From contig JAHJQN010000003.1 in NCBI GenBank assembly GCA_018819225.1, positions 64,001-128,000 on the forward strand: 64,000 bases of DNA. The letters are read 5' to 3'. The stretch's first letter is position 1, and each line of letters opens with the position of its first letter. The notes below the pieces were generated by a model. The model worked only from the letters and a program-made list of their open reading frames with translations, was not told where the DNA came from and searched no databases. The position numbers and the translations under genes are program-made. The DNA comes from Candidatus Micrarchaeota archaeon. GTDB taxonomy: Archaea; Micrarchaeota; Micrarchaeia; Norongarragalinales; SBBD01. Of the stretch, positions 38,498-48,619 are shown one piece after another.

Positions 38498-39591
38498 CCA
38501 TGTGGACATGCATACCCTGCAAACGATTCTGGCACTACCCCCTCAAGAGGTGCGCGTACTGCGGAAAGGATCTCGCGGAAGAGTCCGCGAAAACACTCAC
38601 GGTCATCGGCGTTACGGAAGTGTTGGTGCCGTCCGTCGAGCACCCGGACGTCCCGTATTTTGTTTTGTTACTCGAGGACGAAAAGGGTTTCCGGCATTTG
38701 CGGAAGAGCATGGACCCGCAAAAAGTGGGGGACGTGCTCGACGTCAAGCCAGCGACCAACGCATTCGCCCGGATCGGCATTATCGGGACCGGGGCCATGG
38801 CGTCCGGCATCGCGATGTCTTGCTTGAAAGCCGGCATGCCCGTCATCGTGAAAAGCCGGAAGCAGGAAACGCTGAATCGATTCCAGGAGAACATTGCGCT
38901 GAAACTGAAAAAAAATCTTTCCGAGGAAGCGGTGAACGAAACCCTTACGCGGCTGGAACTCACCACCGATTACGCGAAACTGAAAAACTGCGACATCGTC
39001 ATCGAGAACGTGATCGAGAAATTGGATGCAAAGCAAGACGTGTTTGAGGCGTTGGAAAAACATTGCGGCCCCAACACCATTTTGGCCACGAATACCTCTT
39101 CGTTGCTCGTCTCCAGCTTGGCTCCGCTCGTGAAAAAACCGGAGCGCGTCATCGGACTGCACTTCTTCAATCCGGTCGAGAAGATGCGTCTCGCCGAAGT
39201 GATTGCCGGAGAGAATACCTCGATGGAAACCGTCCGGAAAACGCGGGAGATCGCGGAAGCCATGGGAAAAACCGCCGTGCAAGTGAAGGACGCGCCGGGA
39301 TTCATCGTCAACCGCGTGCTCTTCCCGTTCCTGAACGAGGCGGTGCTGCTCTTGGAGAACGAGACCGCGAATGCAGAAGACATTGATGCCGCCGTCAAAA
39401 TGGGCTTGAATCATCCCATGGGCCCGTTGGCGCTCATTGATCTCATCGGAGTCGACGTGTTCGTTGAAATCATGGACAACCTGAAAGAAGAGACGAAAGA
39501 ACAGAAGTTCGAGGTTGCTTCCCTCGCGAGAAAGATGGTTAAGGAAGGAAAGCTCGGCAGGAAAACCAGGCAAGGATTCTACGCGTATTGA
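38494..39591 (+). CDS. Fusion of a DUF35-like Zn-ribbon/OB domain to 3-hydroxyacyl(butyryl)-CoA dehydrogenase
   Basis: N-terminal CIPC..YP..RCAYC and VPY, followed by GIIGTGAMASGIA, ATNTSSL, GLHFFNP, PGFIVNR, HPMGPL and GKLGRKT. Confidence 0.9.
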   Translation: MTMWTCIPCKRFWHYPLKRCAYCGKDLAEESAKTLTVIGVTEVLVPSVEHPDVPYFVLLLEDEKGFRHLRKSMDPQKVGDVLDVKPATNAFARIGIIGTGAMASGIAMSCLKAGMPVIVKSRKQETLNRFQENIALKLKKNLSEEAVNETLTRLELTTDYAKLKNCDIVIENVIEKLDAKQDVFEALEKHCGPNTILATNTSSLLVSSLAPLVKKPERVIGLHFFNPVEKMRLAEVIAGENTSMETVRKTREIAEAMGKTAVQVKDAPGFIVNRVLFPFLNEAVLLLENETANAEDIDAAVKMGLNHPMGPLALIDLIGVDVFVEIMDNLKEETKEQKFEVASLARKMVKEGKLGRKTRQGFYAY

Positions 39592-39608
39592 ATAAACCGG
39601 GGAGGCAT

Positions 39609-41087
39609 ATGGATTTCGATCTCCGTCAAGTCCAGGAATTCGGAAAAAAGGGATGGTACAACAAGCACTATTCCGGTCTGCCGATTACGCTTTCATCGAT
39701 CGCTAAAGGAATTGCCACTCCCCTTGAGGATGTCGGATGGAGCATGCGCTTTTCCGCGTGGTTTTTCCGCGAGAACATGTTCAACTTCTACTGGGGGCAG
39801 GAGGACATGGAGCGCGTCCGTCAATACGTGCTCGAACACAACGACGCGAATAGTAAATTCGCTGTCGAAATCATCCAACGGTGGGAGCGGCAGGCAAAAA
39901 AAGTCCATGAAAAAGTGCAAAAACTGGAAAGAAGGCCACTGGAAACGCTTTCCGATGAGCAATTCATTCACGAAACAAGTCAGTTGAATGAAATGCATGC
40001 TGTGGCGAGTTACCTGCCGCACATCGCGGACAGCTTCCTCGAAACGGGTGAAACCTCTTGGGCCCATGCAGCGCTCGAAAAGGACCTGACCGGCGTTCCG
40101 CCAACAGAAAGGGGAACGACGATCGAGGCGTTATGCCGGCCCACGGAGCTGACGTTCGTAAGACAAGAATATGCGGAACTCGTGGACGTGGCACGGAAAC
40201 GAGAAGACGGATCGCAAGAGGAATTCGAAGCGGCGTTGGAGGCGCATGCGCACAAATGGCAGTGGATCGAAAACAATTACCGGAAGGGATCGCATTTGAA
40301 CACCGCGTATTTCCAGGACAAATTGAATCGATTGACAACAAAGGAGTTGGCGGGCGGCACGGAAGTGGAACGAAAACGCCTCCATCGAGTGAAAGAGAAA
40401 AAAGCGGAGATCCTAGAACGGAACGGGAAAAGGGCGCAAAACCTCATTTTCCTGTTGGAGCGATTCGGGGTTTGGCAGGACGCGCGAAAGAAAATGAACC
40501 TGCATGCGACGCAGGCATGGTTCCGAATCCGCGATGAACTGGTGAGACGGACTGCGCTTTCTGAAGATGAAGCCAATTATTTATGCGGGGACGAAGTGGA
40601 AAAGGCGTTGAACGGGACCATCGAAAAAGAAACGCTTGCTGGCAGGAAAACGCATGGATTGGCATTGATGGGACTTTCCGAAAAATTGCTGAAATGGACG
40701 GGAAATGAGATGCGCCGAGCGGAATCGCTGTTTGAAACCGTGGAAACTGAAACCGATGAAATCAAGGGGGTTATAGCATCGAAAGGCTTTGCGAAAGGAC
40801 GGGCGGTACTATTACTCAATCTTCATGCGATGGCCCGCGTAAAACAAGGAGACGTCATCGTTTCGAATCAAACGACTCCCGAGTACGTCCCAGCGCTTAA
40901 GAAAGCAGCGGCTATTGTGACGGATCAAGGCGGGCTGACGTGCCACGCGGCTATCATCTCCAGGGAATTGGGAATTCCTGCGGTCATCGGCACCCGGATC
41001 GCATCACGCGTGTTCCATGAAGGAGATGTGTTAGAAGTGGATGCCGTGCACGGTGTGGTGAGGCGGATTCGGAACCCGACGAATTAG
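39609..41087 (+). CDS. Second PEP-utilising enzyme mobile-domain protein
   Basis: C-terminal TTPEYVP..AAAIVTDQGGLTCHAAIISRELGIP. SD GGAGG. Confidence 0.85.
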   Translation: MDFDLRQVQEFGKKGWYNKHYSGLPITLSSIAKGIATPLEDVGWSMRFSAWFFRENMFNFYWGQEDMERVRQYVLEHNDANSKFAVEIIQRWERQAKKVHEKVQKLERRPLETLSDEQFIHETSQLNEMHAVASYLPHIADSFLETGETSWAHAALEKDLTGVPPTERGTTIEALCRPTELTFVRQEYAELVDVARKREDGSQEEFEAALEAHAHKWQWIENNYRKGSHLNTAYFQDKLNRLTTKELAGGTEVERKRLHRVKEKKAEILERNGKRAQNLIFLLERFGVWQDARKKMNLHATQAWFRIRDELVRRTALSEDEANYLCGDEVEKALNGTIEKETLAGRKTHGLALMGLSEKLLKWTGNEMRRAESLFETVETETDEIKGVIASKGFAKGRAVLLLNLHAMARVKQGDVIVSNQTTPEYVPALKKAAAIVTDQGGLTCHAAIISRELGIPAVIGTRIASRVFHEGDVLEVDAVHGVVRRIRNPTN

Positions 41088-41137
41088 GCGGGATCAAGCA
41101 AGCATACGTTTTTATTTTACGGACGAATACTACGCGC

Positions 41138-42373
41138 ATGCGCCACCTCCAACAGTATGCCGTTTTTACCGGAAAAGAGGAAATTCAAAAGATCCGGGAA
41201 CAAGGAGCGACCCTCAACGACGCGCACGTCGCGCATTTAAGCTCCACGTTTTACGGAGGGGGCGTCGCGCAACTCCTTTCGACGATGGTGCCGCTGCTCA
41301 ACGAAGCCGGCGTGCGCACCGGATGGCGTATCTTGCGCGGATACCCCGAGTTTTTCACCATAACAAAAAAAATTCATAACGGCCTATACGGAGACCACGA
41401 TATTCGCCTGACGCTATCTGAAAAGCGCACGTACCTTCGCGTCAACGAGCTCAACACCAAGTACATGCACTTGGGAGGACATGACCTGATCATCGTCCAC
41501 GATCCCCAACCGCTCCCGCTCATTCGGTTCAAGAAAGAACTCGCAGCGCCGGATTCCGTGAACAACCAGAAATGGCTTTGGCGTTACCATCTCGACTTCC
41601 GCAAGCACAACCCCCACGTATGGAAATACCTCAAACCGTTTGCCTCGAAATACGACGGCATCATCGTCACGCTCCCGGAATATCAGACGGACGTGCGCAA
41701 GCCCCATCACTTCGAAGCGCCGGCCATCGATCCATTGAACGATAAAAACCGCCCGCTCACGAAAAAACAGGCGCGCCGCATCCTCGAAGGACATGGCGTG
41801 CCCCTGGATAAGCCGTTGATCACGCAAGTCTCCCGCTTTGACCCCTGGAAAGACCCGTTGGGGGTCATCGACGCGTTTAAGCAAGTGAAAAAATACAAGG
41901 ATTGCCGATTGCTCATGCTCGGCGACATGGCGGCCGACGATCCGCAAGGAAAATTCGTTTATGATCAAGTCATCAAGAAAGCGGCGGGCGATCCGGATAT
42001 CCATGCCGTAAACATCGAAAACGATTTGCTGGTGAACGCCGCGCAGAAAATGTCGGACGTCGTCGTACAAAAATCCTTGGCTGAAGGATTCGGTTTGACC
42101 GTGGCCGAAGCGTTATGGAAAGAAACCCCGGTCGTGGCTTCGCGGGTCGGCGGCATCCCGATGCAGGTCGAGCACGGGAAAGGCGGATTGCTCGTGGACA
42201 GTATTGCCGAGTGCGCGGAAAGCATTCGGTATTTGCTGGAACACCCCAAGGAAGCCGAGCGCATGGGAAAAGAAGGAAGAGAACACATTCGAAAGAACTT
42301 CTTGATTACGCGACTCGTGCTCAATGAAATCTCCATCATTCAATCCACTTTAGGGAAAAAATCGGCGCCCTAA
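41138..42373 (+). CDS. treT: TreT-like GT4 trehalose glycosyltransferring synthase
   Basis: SSTFYGGGVA, FFTITKKIHN, VHDPQP, QVSRFDPWKDP, EGFGLTVAEALWK. Confidence 0.85.
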   Translation: MRHLQQYAVFTGKEEIQKIREQGATLNDAHVAHLSSTFYGGGVAQLLSTMVPLLNEAGVRTGWRILRGYPEFFTITKKIHNGLYGDHDIRLTLSEKRTYLRVNELNTKYMHLGGHDLIIVHDPQPLPLIRFKKELAAPDSVNNQKWLWRYHLDFRKHNPHVWKYLKPFASKYDGIIVTLPEYQTDVRKPHHFEAPAIDPLNDKNRPLTKKQARRILEGHGVPLDKPLITQVSRFDPWKDPLGVIDAFKQVKKYKDCRLLMLGDMAADDPQGKFVYDQVIKKAAGDPDIHAVNIENDLLVNAAQKMSDVVVQKSLAEGFGLTVAEALWKETPVVASRVGGIPMQVEHGKGGLLVDSIAECAESIRYLLEHPKEAERMGKEGREHIRKNFLITRLVLNEISIIQSTLGKKSAP

Positions 42374-42406
42374 ACGTTTTTTAGGGGAACCAATCATTAC
42401 GATTCC

Positions 42407-43897
42407 ATGGAATCGCTTCAGCATTTAGAAGGCGTCATCAAGAACCGGTTGAAAAATCGGCTGCTCGTCATCGCCTCCAATACGGCCCCGTACGTGCACT
42501 TTTTCCAGAAAGATAAGGTGCAGCACCGTATCGGTACCGGAGGAGTCGTGAGTGCCTTAAACGCAGTCCTGGAGGCTTCGGGAGGCACTTGGGTCGCGGC
42601 AAGTCAAGGCGATGCGGACTCCGAGGCCATGGATAAAGACGGATTTATTTCAGTACCACCTAAAAAACCCGCCTATCGATTCCGGCCCTTATTCCTATCG
42701 AAAGGGGACACCAACGGATACTTACACGGCGTATCGAATGCCGCCATCGTTCCATGGGCGCATAACGCGTACGTCCGACCGCGATTCGAGGAGGCGTGGT
42801 GGAAATCGTACGAGAAAGTCAACCGGCAGTTTGCGGATGCGATCATCAAGAGCATCGGGGACCAGGACGGATTCGTGTGGATTCAAGACTATCAATTATC
42901 GCTGTGCAGCCAATACGTGAAAGAAAAACGGCCGGATCTCGTGGTCGCCCAGTTCTGGCACGTGCCCTGGCCGAACGCCGACGTATTCAAGGTGAATCCG
43001 TGGGGGGAACACATATTGAAGGGACTCTTGCACAACGACCTCCTCGGATTTCATGTGCCCCAATACGGTTTCAATTTCGTGGACGCGGTTGATCAAACAT
43101 TGCCCGCCCGCATTGATCGCGAATCCAACACCATTCACTACCAAAAAGGCCAGACGGTCATCCGACACTTTCCGATTAGCATCCACTATCAAGGAATCCA
43201 CCAGGAAGCCAAGAGCATCCGCCCACCCGCGCTGAACCAGATTCGAAAAAATCTGGGGGGAACTTCTCAACGGTTCCTCGTCGGACTGGAGCGCTTCGAC
43301 TACACGAAAGGACTCATTGAAAAATTCCGGGGGTTTGACCGATTCCTGGAAAAAAATCCGGAATACCAAGGAAAAGTCACGCTCGTACAAGTCGCATCGC
43401 CCACGCGGGAAGCCGTAAAGGAATACAGGGATTACGCGGACGACGTGGTGCGCGTCATCGAAGAAATCAATTGGAAATATGAAATGGGTCGGTGGCAGCC
43501 CATCATTTTATTACACGAGTTTGTCAGCCGCCAAATGTTGCTCTCCCTCTATCGATTGGCGGATGCCTGCCTGGTGACCTCTCTGCACGAGGGCATGAAC
43601 CTCGTTGCAAAAGAATACGTGACCAGCAAAACGGATGGAGACGGCGTACTCATTCTCAGCAAGTTTACGGGCGCGGCCAGAGAACTCAAGTCCGCCCTTC
43701 TCATCAACCCCTTTTCCACGCACGAGATATCGGATGCGATCAAGCAAGCCATGGAAATGCCGAAAGCCGAACGCATGGAACGCATGCATCAAATGCAGAC
43801 GTATATCCGCGAACACGACGTCTTTCAATGGGCGGCGGATATGCTGGAAAGCATCAGTCGTTTGGAGAGCTCGTCGCCGATCTCCTCTCAAAAATAA
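42407..43897 (+). CDS. otsA: Trehalose-6-phosphate synthase (GT20)
   Basis: WIQDYQL, FWHVPWP, DLLGFH, RFDYTKG, GMNLVAKEY, LILSKFTGAA. Confidence 0.92.
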   Translation: MESLQHLEGVIKNRLKNRLLVIASNTAPYVHFFQKDKVQHRIGTGGVVSALNAVLEASGGTWVAASQGDADSEAMDKDGFISVPPKKPAYRFRPLFLSKGDTNGYLHGVSNAAIVPWAHNAYVRPRFEEAWWKSYEKVNRQFADAIIKSIGDQDGFVWIQDYQLSLCSQYVKEKRPDLVVAQFWHVPWPNADVFKVNPWGEHILKGLLHNDLLGFHVPQYGFNFVDAVDQTLPARIDRESNTIHYQKGQTVIRHFPISIHYQGIHQEAKSIRPPALNQIRKNLGGTSQRFLVGLERFDYTKGLIEKFRGFDRFLEKNPEYQGKVTLVQVASPTREAVKEYRDYADDVVRVIEEINWKYEMGRWQPIILLHEFVSRQMLLSLYRLADACLVTSLHEGMNLVAKEYVTSKTDGDGVLILSKFTGAARELKSALLINPFSTHEISDAIKQAMEMPKAERMERMHQMQTYIREHDVFQWAADMLESISRLESSSPISSQK

Positions 43898-44650
43898 TTA
43901 TCGGGCTAACGAATGCAATAATCGATCCACGTCCCGAATTCCGTTTACATAGTATCGAGCGTTCGTGGTTCGGAAGTTCTTCTCGGAAGAGCGGACGAGT
44001 ACCCCGATGCCGTTGCGCTTAACCGCAAGAAAAGCGGGTTCGTCCGTCGAATCGTCTCCAACGTAGATGGGAAACGCGCGTTCGGAAGCGCCGATGCGAC
44101 GCACCGTAACGCCCTTGTCAGGAAGCCCTCTCGGAATCCATTCGAACGACTTCCGTCCAGGCACCTTTTGAAGAGAGGAAGTAAAGGAAAGAGAGTGAAT
44201 GGATTGAATTAAAGCGGCTTGACGCGATAACGCCACGTTGCGGTAGTGGAACACGAGACTGGAAGGCTTTCGTTCGATGAGAGAACCCGGAAAGGAACGC
44301 GCCAACGGCTTCAATACTCGTTCGAGTTGCGATATCATTCGGCGAATGCTTGCATTTTGACGGCTAAAAATCGGATTCCAATGCGCTCCACGCTCCGGGA
44401 TGACGCGAATCCCGCGAATGTGAAACCGTTTGTTCATGAATGAGGCGTCGCGACTCGTTAGAACCCAAACGGAAGCGCCGGAATCACGGAGTTTCATGAG
44501 GGCGCGTTTCATCGATGCGGCCAACCGGGGAGCCGCGGGATTTTTGCGGATGGGCACGAGTACGCCGTCGAAATCCAAGATCACGAGGCGACGACGGCGA
44601 CGCCATTTCTTCCTCAACAACGGAAGAGCAGAAAAAAAAGACGCGGGCAT
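43898..44650 (-). CDS. otsB: Trehalose-6-phosphate phosphatase (HAD family)
   Basis: LDFDGVL, IERK....FHYR, DKG, YVGDDSTDE.AF. Confidence 0.88.
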   Translation of the reverse strand: MPASFFSALPLLRKKWRRRRRLVILDFDGVLVPIRKNPAAPRLAASMKRALMKLRDSGASVWVLTSRDASFMNKRFHIRGIRVIPERGAHWNPIFSRQNASIRRMISQLERVLKPLARSFPGSLIERKPSSLVFHYRNVALSRQAALIQSIHSLSFTSSLQKVPGRKSFEWIPRGLPDKGVTVRRIGASERAFPIYVGDDSTDEPAFLAVKRNGIGVLVRSSEKNFRTTNARYYVNGIRDVDRLLHSLAR

Positions 44651-44741
44651 AAACCGACTTACCGCAACCTTATTTATATCGCTATAGCTTCAACGTTTCT
44701 ATTCAGCAAGCCACGTGAATCGCGAGGTGGAAAATTAGAGC

Positions 44742-46037
44742 ATGCAACGCGTATTCTCGCACATTCATTTCACGAAAACAGAATGGATGGTTCTGGGAGT
44801 GCTGGCCGCGTTTATCCTCCTGTTTTTCAAGCCCGTTGTGGCCGGAGACGGATTCGGGTACTACGTGATTCTTGAAGGAGCGGTCCGGTACCAGACCCTG
44901 AACCTGAGCGAACAGCTTCATTACAATGATATTACCTTCGGACCAACGGTTTGGCTGCACCCTATGACCCAAAAGTACGTGTCCCAGTATGCGCCCGGGC
45001 TCCCGCTCTTGAGCGCACCGATCTACGCGTTCTCCCTGGTCCTGGATGATGTGAGCGTCTTTCACCTCAAGGACGCGTTCTTCCTCGAGGAACGCGGAGA
45101 CATTGTGATCCACATGGCGAGCGTACCCTTAACATCGCTAGTCCTGCTGGGACTGGGAATGATCGCGATCTTGAGAATGATGCACCATCTCGGCATGGAA
45201 AAGGAAGGCGCTTTCGCCTTGTTGCTCACATTCTTCGGCTCGCCGATCACACGGTATGCCACGTACGATTTGAGTTACACGCACGTCGCGGAAGCCGGAA
45301 TTTTAGCCTTGGCGCTCTATTACTTCTTCAAGAATGAGGCGTGGAAAACCGGCGCGTTCTTGGGACTAATGACGCTGGTGCGATACACGTCCCTCGCATT
45401 CGCCGTTCCTCTAACCGTCTATTATTTCTGGAAAGGCCGCCGGCAAGAAGCGATGACCATGATCGCATCCATGGTTCCGTTCATCGCATTTGCCATGTTG
45501 TGGTCGTGGGTTCAGTTCGGCAGCCCGCTGGCCACCGGCTATTCGCAAGCCTCGAATCTCGCGGACAACATGGATTGGCCGGTGCACATGCCGCGAGTGC
45601 TTTTTTCCCTGGAAGGGAACCCCCCGGGATTGTTGTGGTGGTCCCCGCTGTTGTTCGCAAGCTTTGCGGGATTGTGGGTATGGAAGGACGATCGCAAGTG
45701 GGTGTTAATGGGGCTCGCCGTCATGCTGCTGCTCGTCACCGGAAGCTTCTTCAAAGGAACCACCGGATTCTCGTTCTCCAACCGCTATTTCGTTTCGTTA
45801 CTACCCGTTTTCGTCGTGGGAAGCGCGGTCATGCTCAAGAATAAGCAAGGTCGATGGATGGGAATGCTAGCGCTCTATGGCCTCGTACTATTTCTGTTGA
45901 CGCTCTCCAACGACTGGGGACACTTTCCGACCATAACGGAAGTCTGGTCGCACTGGTTCACGGAAGGCCACTTGGCAGAATTTCCGCAGGCGATCATAGA
46001 TAAGCTCGGATTCGTAAGATTTTTAACGGGTAAATAG
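44742..46037 (+). CDS. GT-C-fold-like membrane protein
   Basis: GDGFGYY loop, YAPG, GLMTLVR, GLLWWSP, RYF and many TMs. Confidence 0.7.
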   Translation: MQRVFSHIHFTKTEWMVLGVLAAFILLFFKPVVAGDGFGYYVILEGAVRYQTLNLSEQLHYNDITFGPTVWLHPMTQKYVSQYAPGLPLLSAPIYAFSLVLDDVSVFHLKDAFFLEERGDIVIHMASVPLTSLVLLGLGMIAILRMMHHLGMEKEGAFALLLTFFGSPITRYATYDLSYTHVAEAGILALALYYFFKNEAWKTGAFLGLMTLVRYTSLAFAVPLTVYYFWKGRRQEAMTMIASMVPFIAFAMLWSWVQFGSPLATGYSQASNLADNMDWPVHMPRVLFSLEGNPPGLLWWSPLLFASFAGLWVWKDDRKWVLMGLAVMLLLVTGSFFKGTTGFSFSNRYFVSLLPVFVVGSAVMLKNKQGRWMGMLALYGLVLFLLTLSNDWGHFPTITEVWSHWFTEGHLAEFPQAIIDKLGFVRFLTGK

Positions 46038-46051
46038 GGTCAAGGAATTCC

Positions 46052-46273
46052 ATGAAAGTGAATCCGGGATGCGGAAACCTGAAATGCGTAGGATACGTGA
46101 ACATGAATCAGTACGAGCAGAAGGCGTGGTTCCGCGCAAGGGAAAAAAAAAGGGTTCCGTTTCGGAGGGAGGCAACGAAAACGGTATTATCCGTTCATCC
46201 TAATCGAGTCGTCATCAATCTTCTCGCGAATTTTTTCCCACGTCCTGCGACCTTTTCTGGTGTCGTACGGTAG
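46052..46273 (+). pseudogene. Degenerate class I SAM methyltransferase N-terminal remnant
   Basis: MKVNPGCG....GYVNM resembles KLNLGCG....GYINVD. The ORF is only 73 aa. Confidence 0.5.
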
Positions 46274-46319
46274 GCGGATTCGAGGAAATCGAATTCATGC
46301 CCGAGAATCCGTCAGTCAT

Positions 46320-47438
46320 TCACCGGATTTTCAAGAGGCGGCGCCACGCTTTCAGTAGTTTTAAAGCCGCCTCGTTTCCGAATACCAAATAATACCACTG
46401 TATTTCGTTCCAGTTGGAAGAACAGGCGGCCATTTTCGCGTACTCCTTCTCATGGGAAACCATGTTTTCCTTGAACTCGGAATAGAGCACGCGGTAAAAG
46501 GGCCTCGTGTCCATCAGACAGGAATCCGCATTCCCGACTTTTCCGAAATGGAGGATACCTTTTCTTTGAAGTTGTTTCTGCCGGGCCTCCAGAAACGGGG
46601 AATGGCTTTTCAGGAATCCCAGCGCTTGAATTTCGCTCTTGCGGCCCGGGTAAGGAATGACGAGGAAATCCTGGCACAACACATAGTCCCGGTTCTGCGG
46701 AGAACTGTCCTTGACGATGACCAAACGCTCTCCCATCGTATGCAGCTTGAGCGGAACGCGCTTCAGGTTCCCGTTATCATCGGTCACGTTCACCGACATG
46801 CGGCCCTCTTTGTGAGTCAACGGAAATCCAACCTGCAGCTCAATGTAATGTACGAGGCTGTTATTGTTATTTCCGATGAGCAGGATCTTTCCGCCGCTCT
46901 TCACTAACCGGTCGTACGGCGTGTTTTCTCCAAAACCCGTATCCGACTCGTCATGTCCCCGCAGGAAATCCTTTGCCTGATTTCCCCAAGCTGCAAACGA
47001 ATGCGTGGGATGAAGGCTTCGAGTAACATCCGACCGCTTGCGAAACACTTCCGCCACTGCACCCACGTTCGTCTTCGTTTTACGCACGTCAAACGAAAAA
47101 TTCGAATCCGAATAGCTTTTTGGCGGGCGGTTGAACGTGGGAATCAAGATCGTCCCATTTTTTCCGACGGACTCGATGAGCGCCTCGATGAACGTGTTCG
47201 GCCCTCCTTCCACGAATCCGATGCAGCTCAACGCGGTTTGCACGAGCAGGGTATCCCCGCTCCGCACGCCCATACTCCGGAAATCATGCACGAGCTGCTT
47301 CTTGGACACGATCGCTGGTTGGGAAGACGCTCCCTTCGATTTCTTCCTGGAAATGAATTTCTTCTTGGCAATAAACAGCCCTTTCTTCATCCAGTTCGGC
47401 GTCACCAGTTTCACGGTGCGCGAAATCTTCTTCCTCAT
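46320..47438 (-). CDS. AAC(3)/YokD-family N-acyltransferase
   Basis: GDTLLV, GTILIPTF, GAVAEVFR, RSLHPTHSFAAWG, KILLIG, VHYIE. Confidence 0.85.
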   Translation of the reverse strand: MRKKISRTVKLVTPNWMKKGLFIAKKKFISRKKSKGASSQPAIVSKKQLVHDFRSMGVRSGDTLLVQTALSCIGFVEGGPNTFIEALIESVGKNGTILIPTFNRPPKSYSDSNFSFDVRKTKTNVGAVAEVFRKRSDVTRSLHPTHSFAAWGNQAKDFLRGHDESDTGFGENTPYDRLVKSGGKILLIGNNNNSLVHYIELQVGFPLTHKEGRMSVNVTDDNGNLKRVPLKLHTMGERLVIVKDSSPQNRDYVLCQDFLVIPYPGRKSEIQALGFLKSHSPFLEARQKQLQRKGILHFGKVGNADSCLMDTRPFYRVLYSEFKENMVSHEKEYAKMAACSSNWNEIQWYYLVFGNEAALKLLKAWRRLLKIR

Positions 47439-48310
47439 CGGTTGACGACCTCCAATGGTACGTCCATATAATTCCCGGAAAAGTGTTTGGCCAGCTCTCC
47501 AGTCGAAACCACCTCCAAACCCTCCTCCTTTACTTTGACCAGAATCCGTTCTAAAACGTTTACCTGCATCGCGCCTTCGAGCAGCCCATGGCCGTACAAT
47601 ACGGCAGGTAGCCCCCGACGATGTTTCTCCATGATTCGTGAAAACACCTGATCCGCTATTTTAGAGTCCGGGATACCGCGCGCCCATGCGTCCTCGATCA
47701 GCGGAACCGTATCCGAGCACATCAAATTGACGGGCACTTGCATGTGTTTGAATCGTTTTCCGTTGATTACGGGATGGAACGGCTTATCTCCTGGAAGATC
47801 CCCGGCGGTCTCGAAACGGAACCGATCCAAACTCTCGAGAACCCTCACGCGGGTACGGAAAGCGGGAGACGCGAAATGCCGGGGCTTTTTTCCGAACAGG
47901 TTCTCAAAACGAGCGATCATGTCCGAAAACTCGAGGTCCACATCCATTTTCGGAAGTGACAACGCCCACTCCTCGTGCTCGATCGCATGGCAACCGAATT
48001 CATGCTCTTTTTCCGCAAGGCGCAGCAACTCCGTACTTTCTTCGGAAAAATTGACGGGAAGAAGCATCCTGCGCGCGAATTCTCCGTAGGAAATCTTGCG
48101 GCGGTGAGGCCTCTCGACGGGCGTGTACCAGGGATCGTAGTTTTTTCGGGAGAAGAACTTGCGGCGCAGCACGTGGGGAAGAAAAGGCTCACGACCCAGC
48201 ACCAGGAAGAAGCTGGCCGTTGAATCCGTTTTCCGGAGCGCCTCCAAAATGCGGGGCAACCCTTCCCGAACCCCGATGCGCGTATCCAAGTCAATCCGGA
48301 GGGAAAACAT
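47435..48310 (-). CDS. Second ArnD-like deacetylase (paralog of 36522-37361)
   Basis: MFSLRIDLD, GCHAIEH..W, ASPAF, DLP...PF.P, QVPV.L. Confidence 0.82.
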   Translation of the reverse strand: MFSLRIDLDTRIGVREGLPRILEALRKTDSTASFFLVLGREPFLPHVLRRKFFSRKNYDPWYTPVERPHRRKISYGEFARRMLLPVNFSEESTELLRLAEKEHEFGCHAIEHEEWALSLPKMDVDLEFSDMIARFENLFGKKPRHFASPAFRTRVRVLESLDRFRFETAGDLPGDKPFHPVINGKRFKHMQVPVNLMCSDTVPLIEDAWARGIPDSKIADQVFSRIMEKHRRGLPAVLYGHGLLEGAMQVNVLERILVKVKEEGLEVVSTGELAKHFSGNYMDVPLEVVNR

Positions 48311-48322
48311 AGGTCCATCCCT

Positions 48323-48619
48323 TCAATGAAGTATGGTCCCGCCAGTCAAGCGAAAGATTTCCTTGTCGCCGCGTTTTCTCGTCCGGTCGTCCTCCATCCG
48401 TCGTTCCAGCGCCGTGCCGAGTTTACTCCATGCGTTCACGAAACCCGTTCGGAACGGAAGACCGATGTTCATCGTTCTGACCGGAATCAGGAGGGGCAAG
48501 AGCACGGGCTCGATGGCTTCCGGAAGCGATAACAAGAACCGGGTCACGCGTCCATCCGTGATCGCATGGCCGAAATGACCGGTCACCGCAAAAGTTTGGT
48601 CCCCGAGAAAATTCTTCAT
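48323..48619 (-). other. Short ORF, possibly a gene remnant
   Basis: Fills the gap between the GT4 and deacetylase genes. No motif recognised. Confidence 0.3.

Noticed and set aside
46320-47438. Aminoglycoside resistance gene
   Set aside because: The fold family alone is insufficient. The glycan-locus context favours a biosynthetic acyltransferase.
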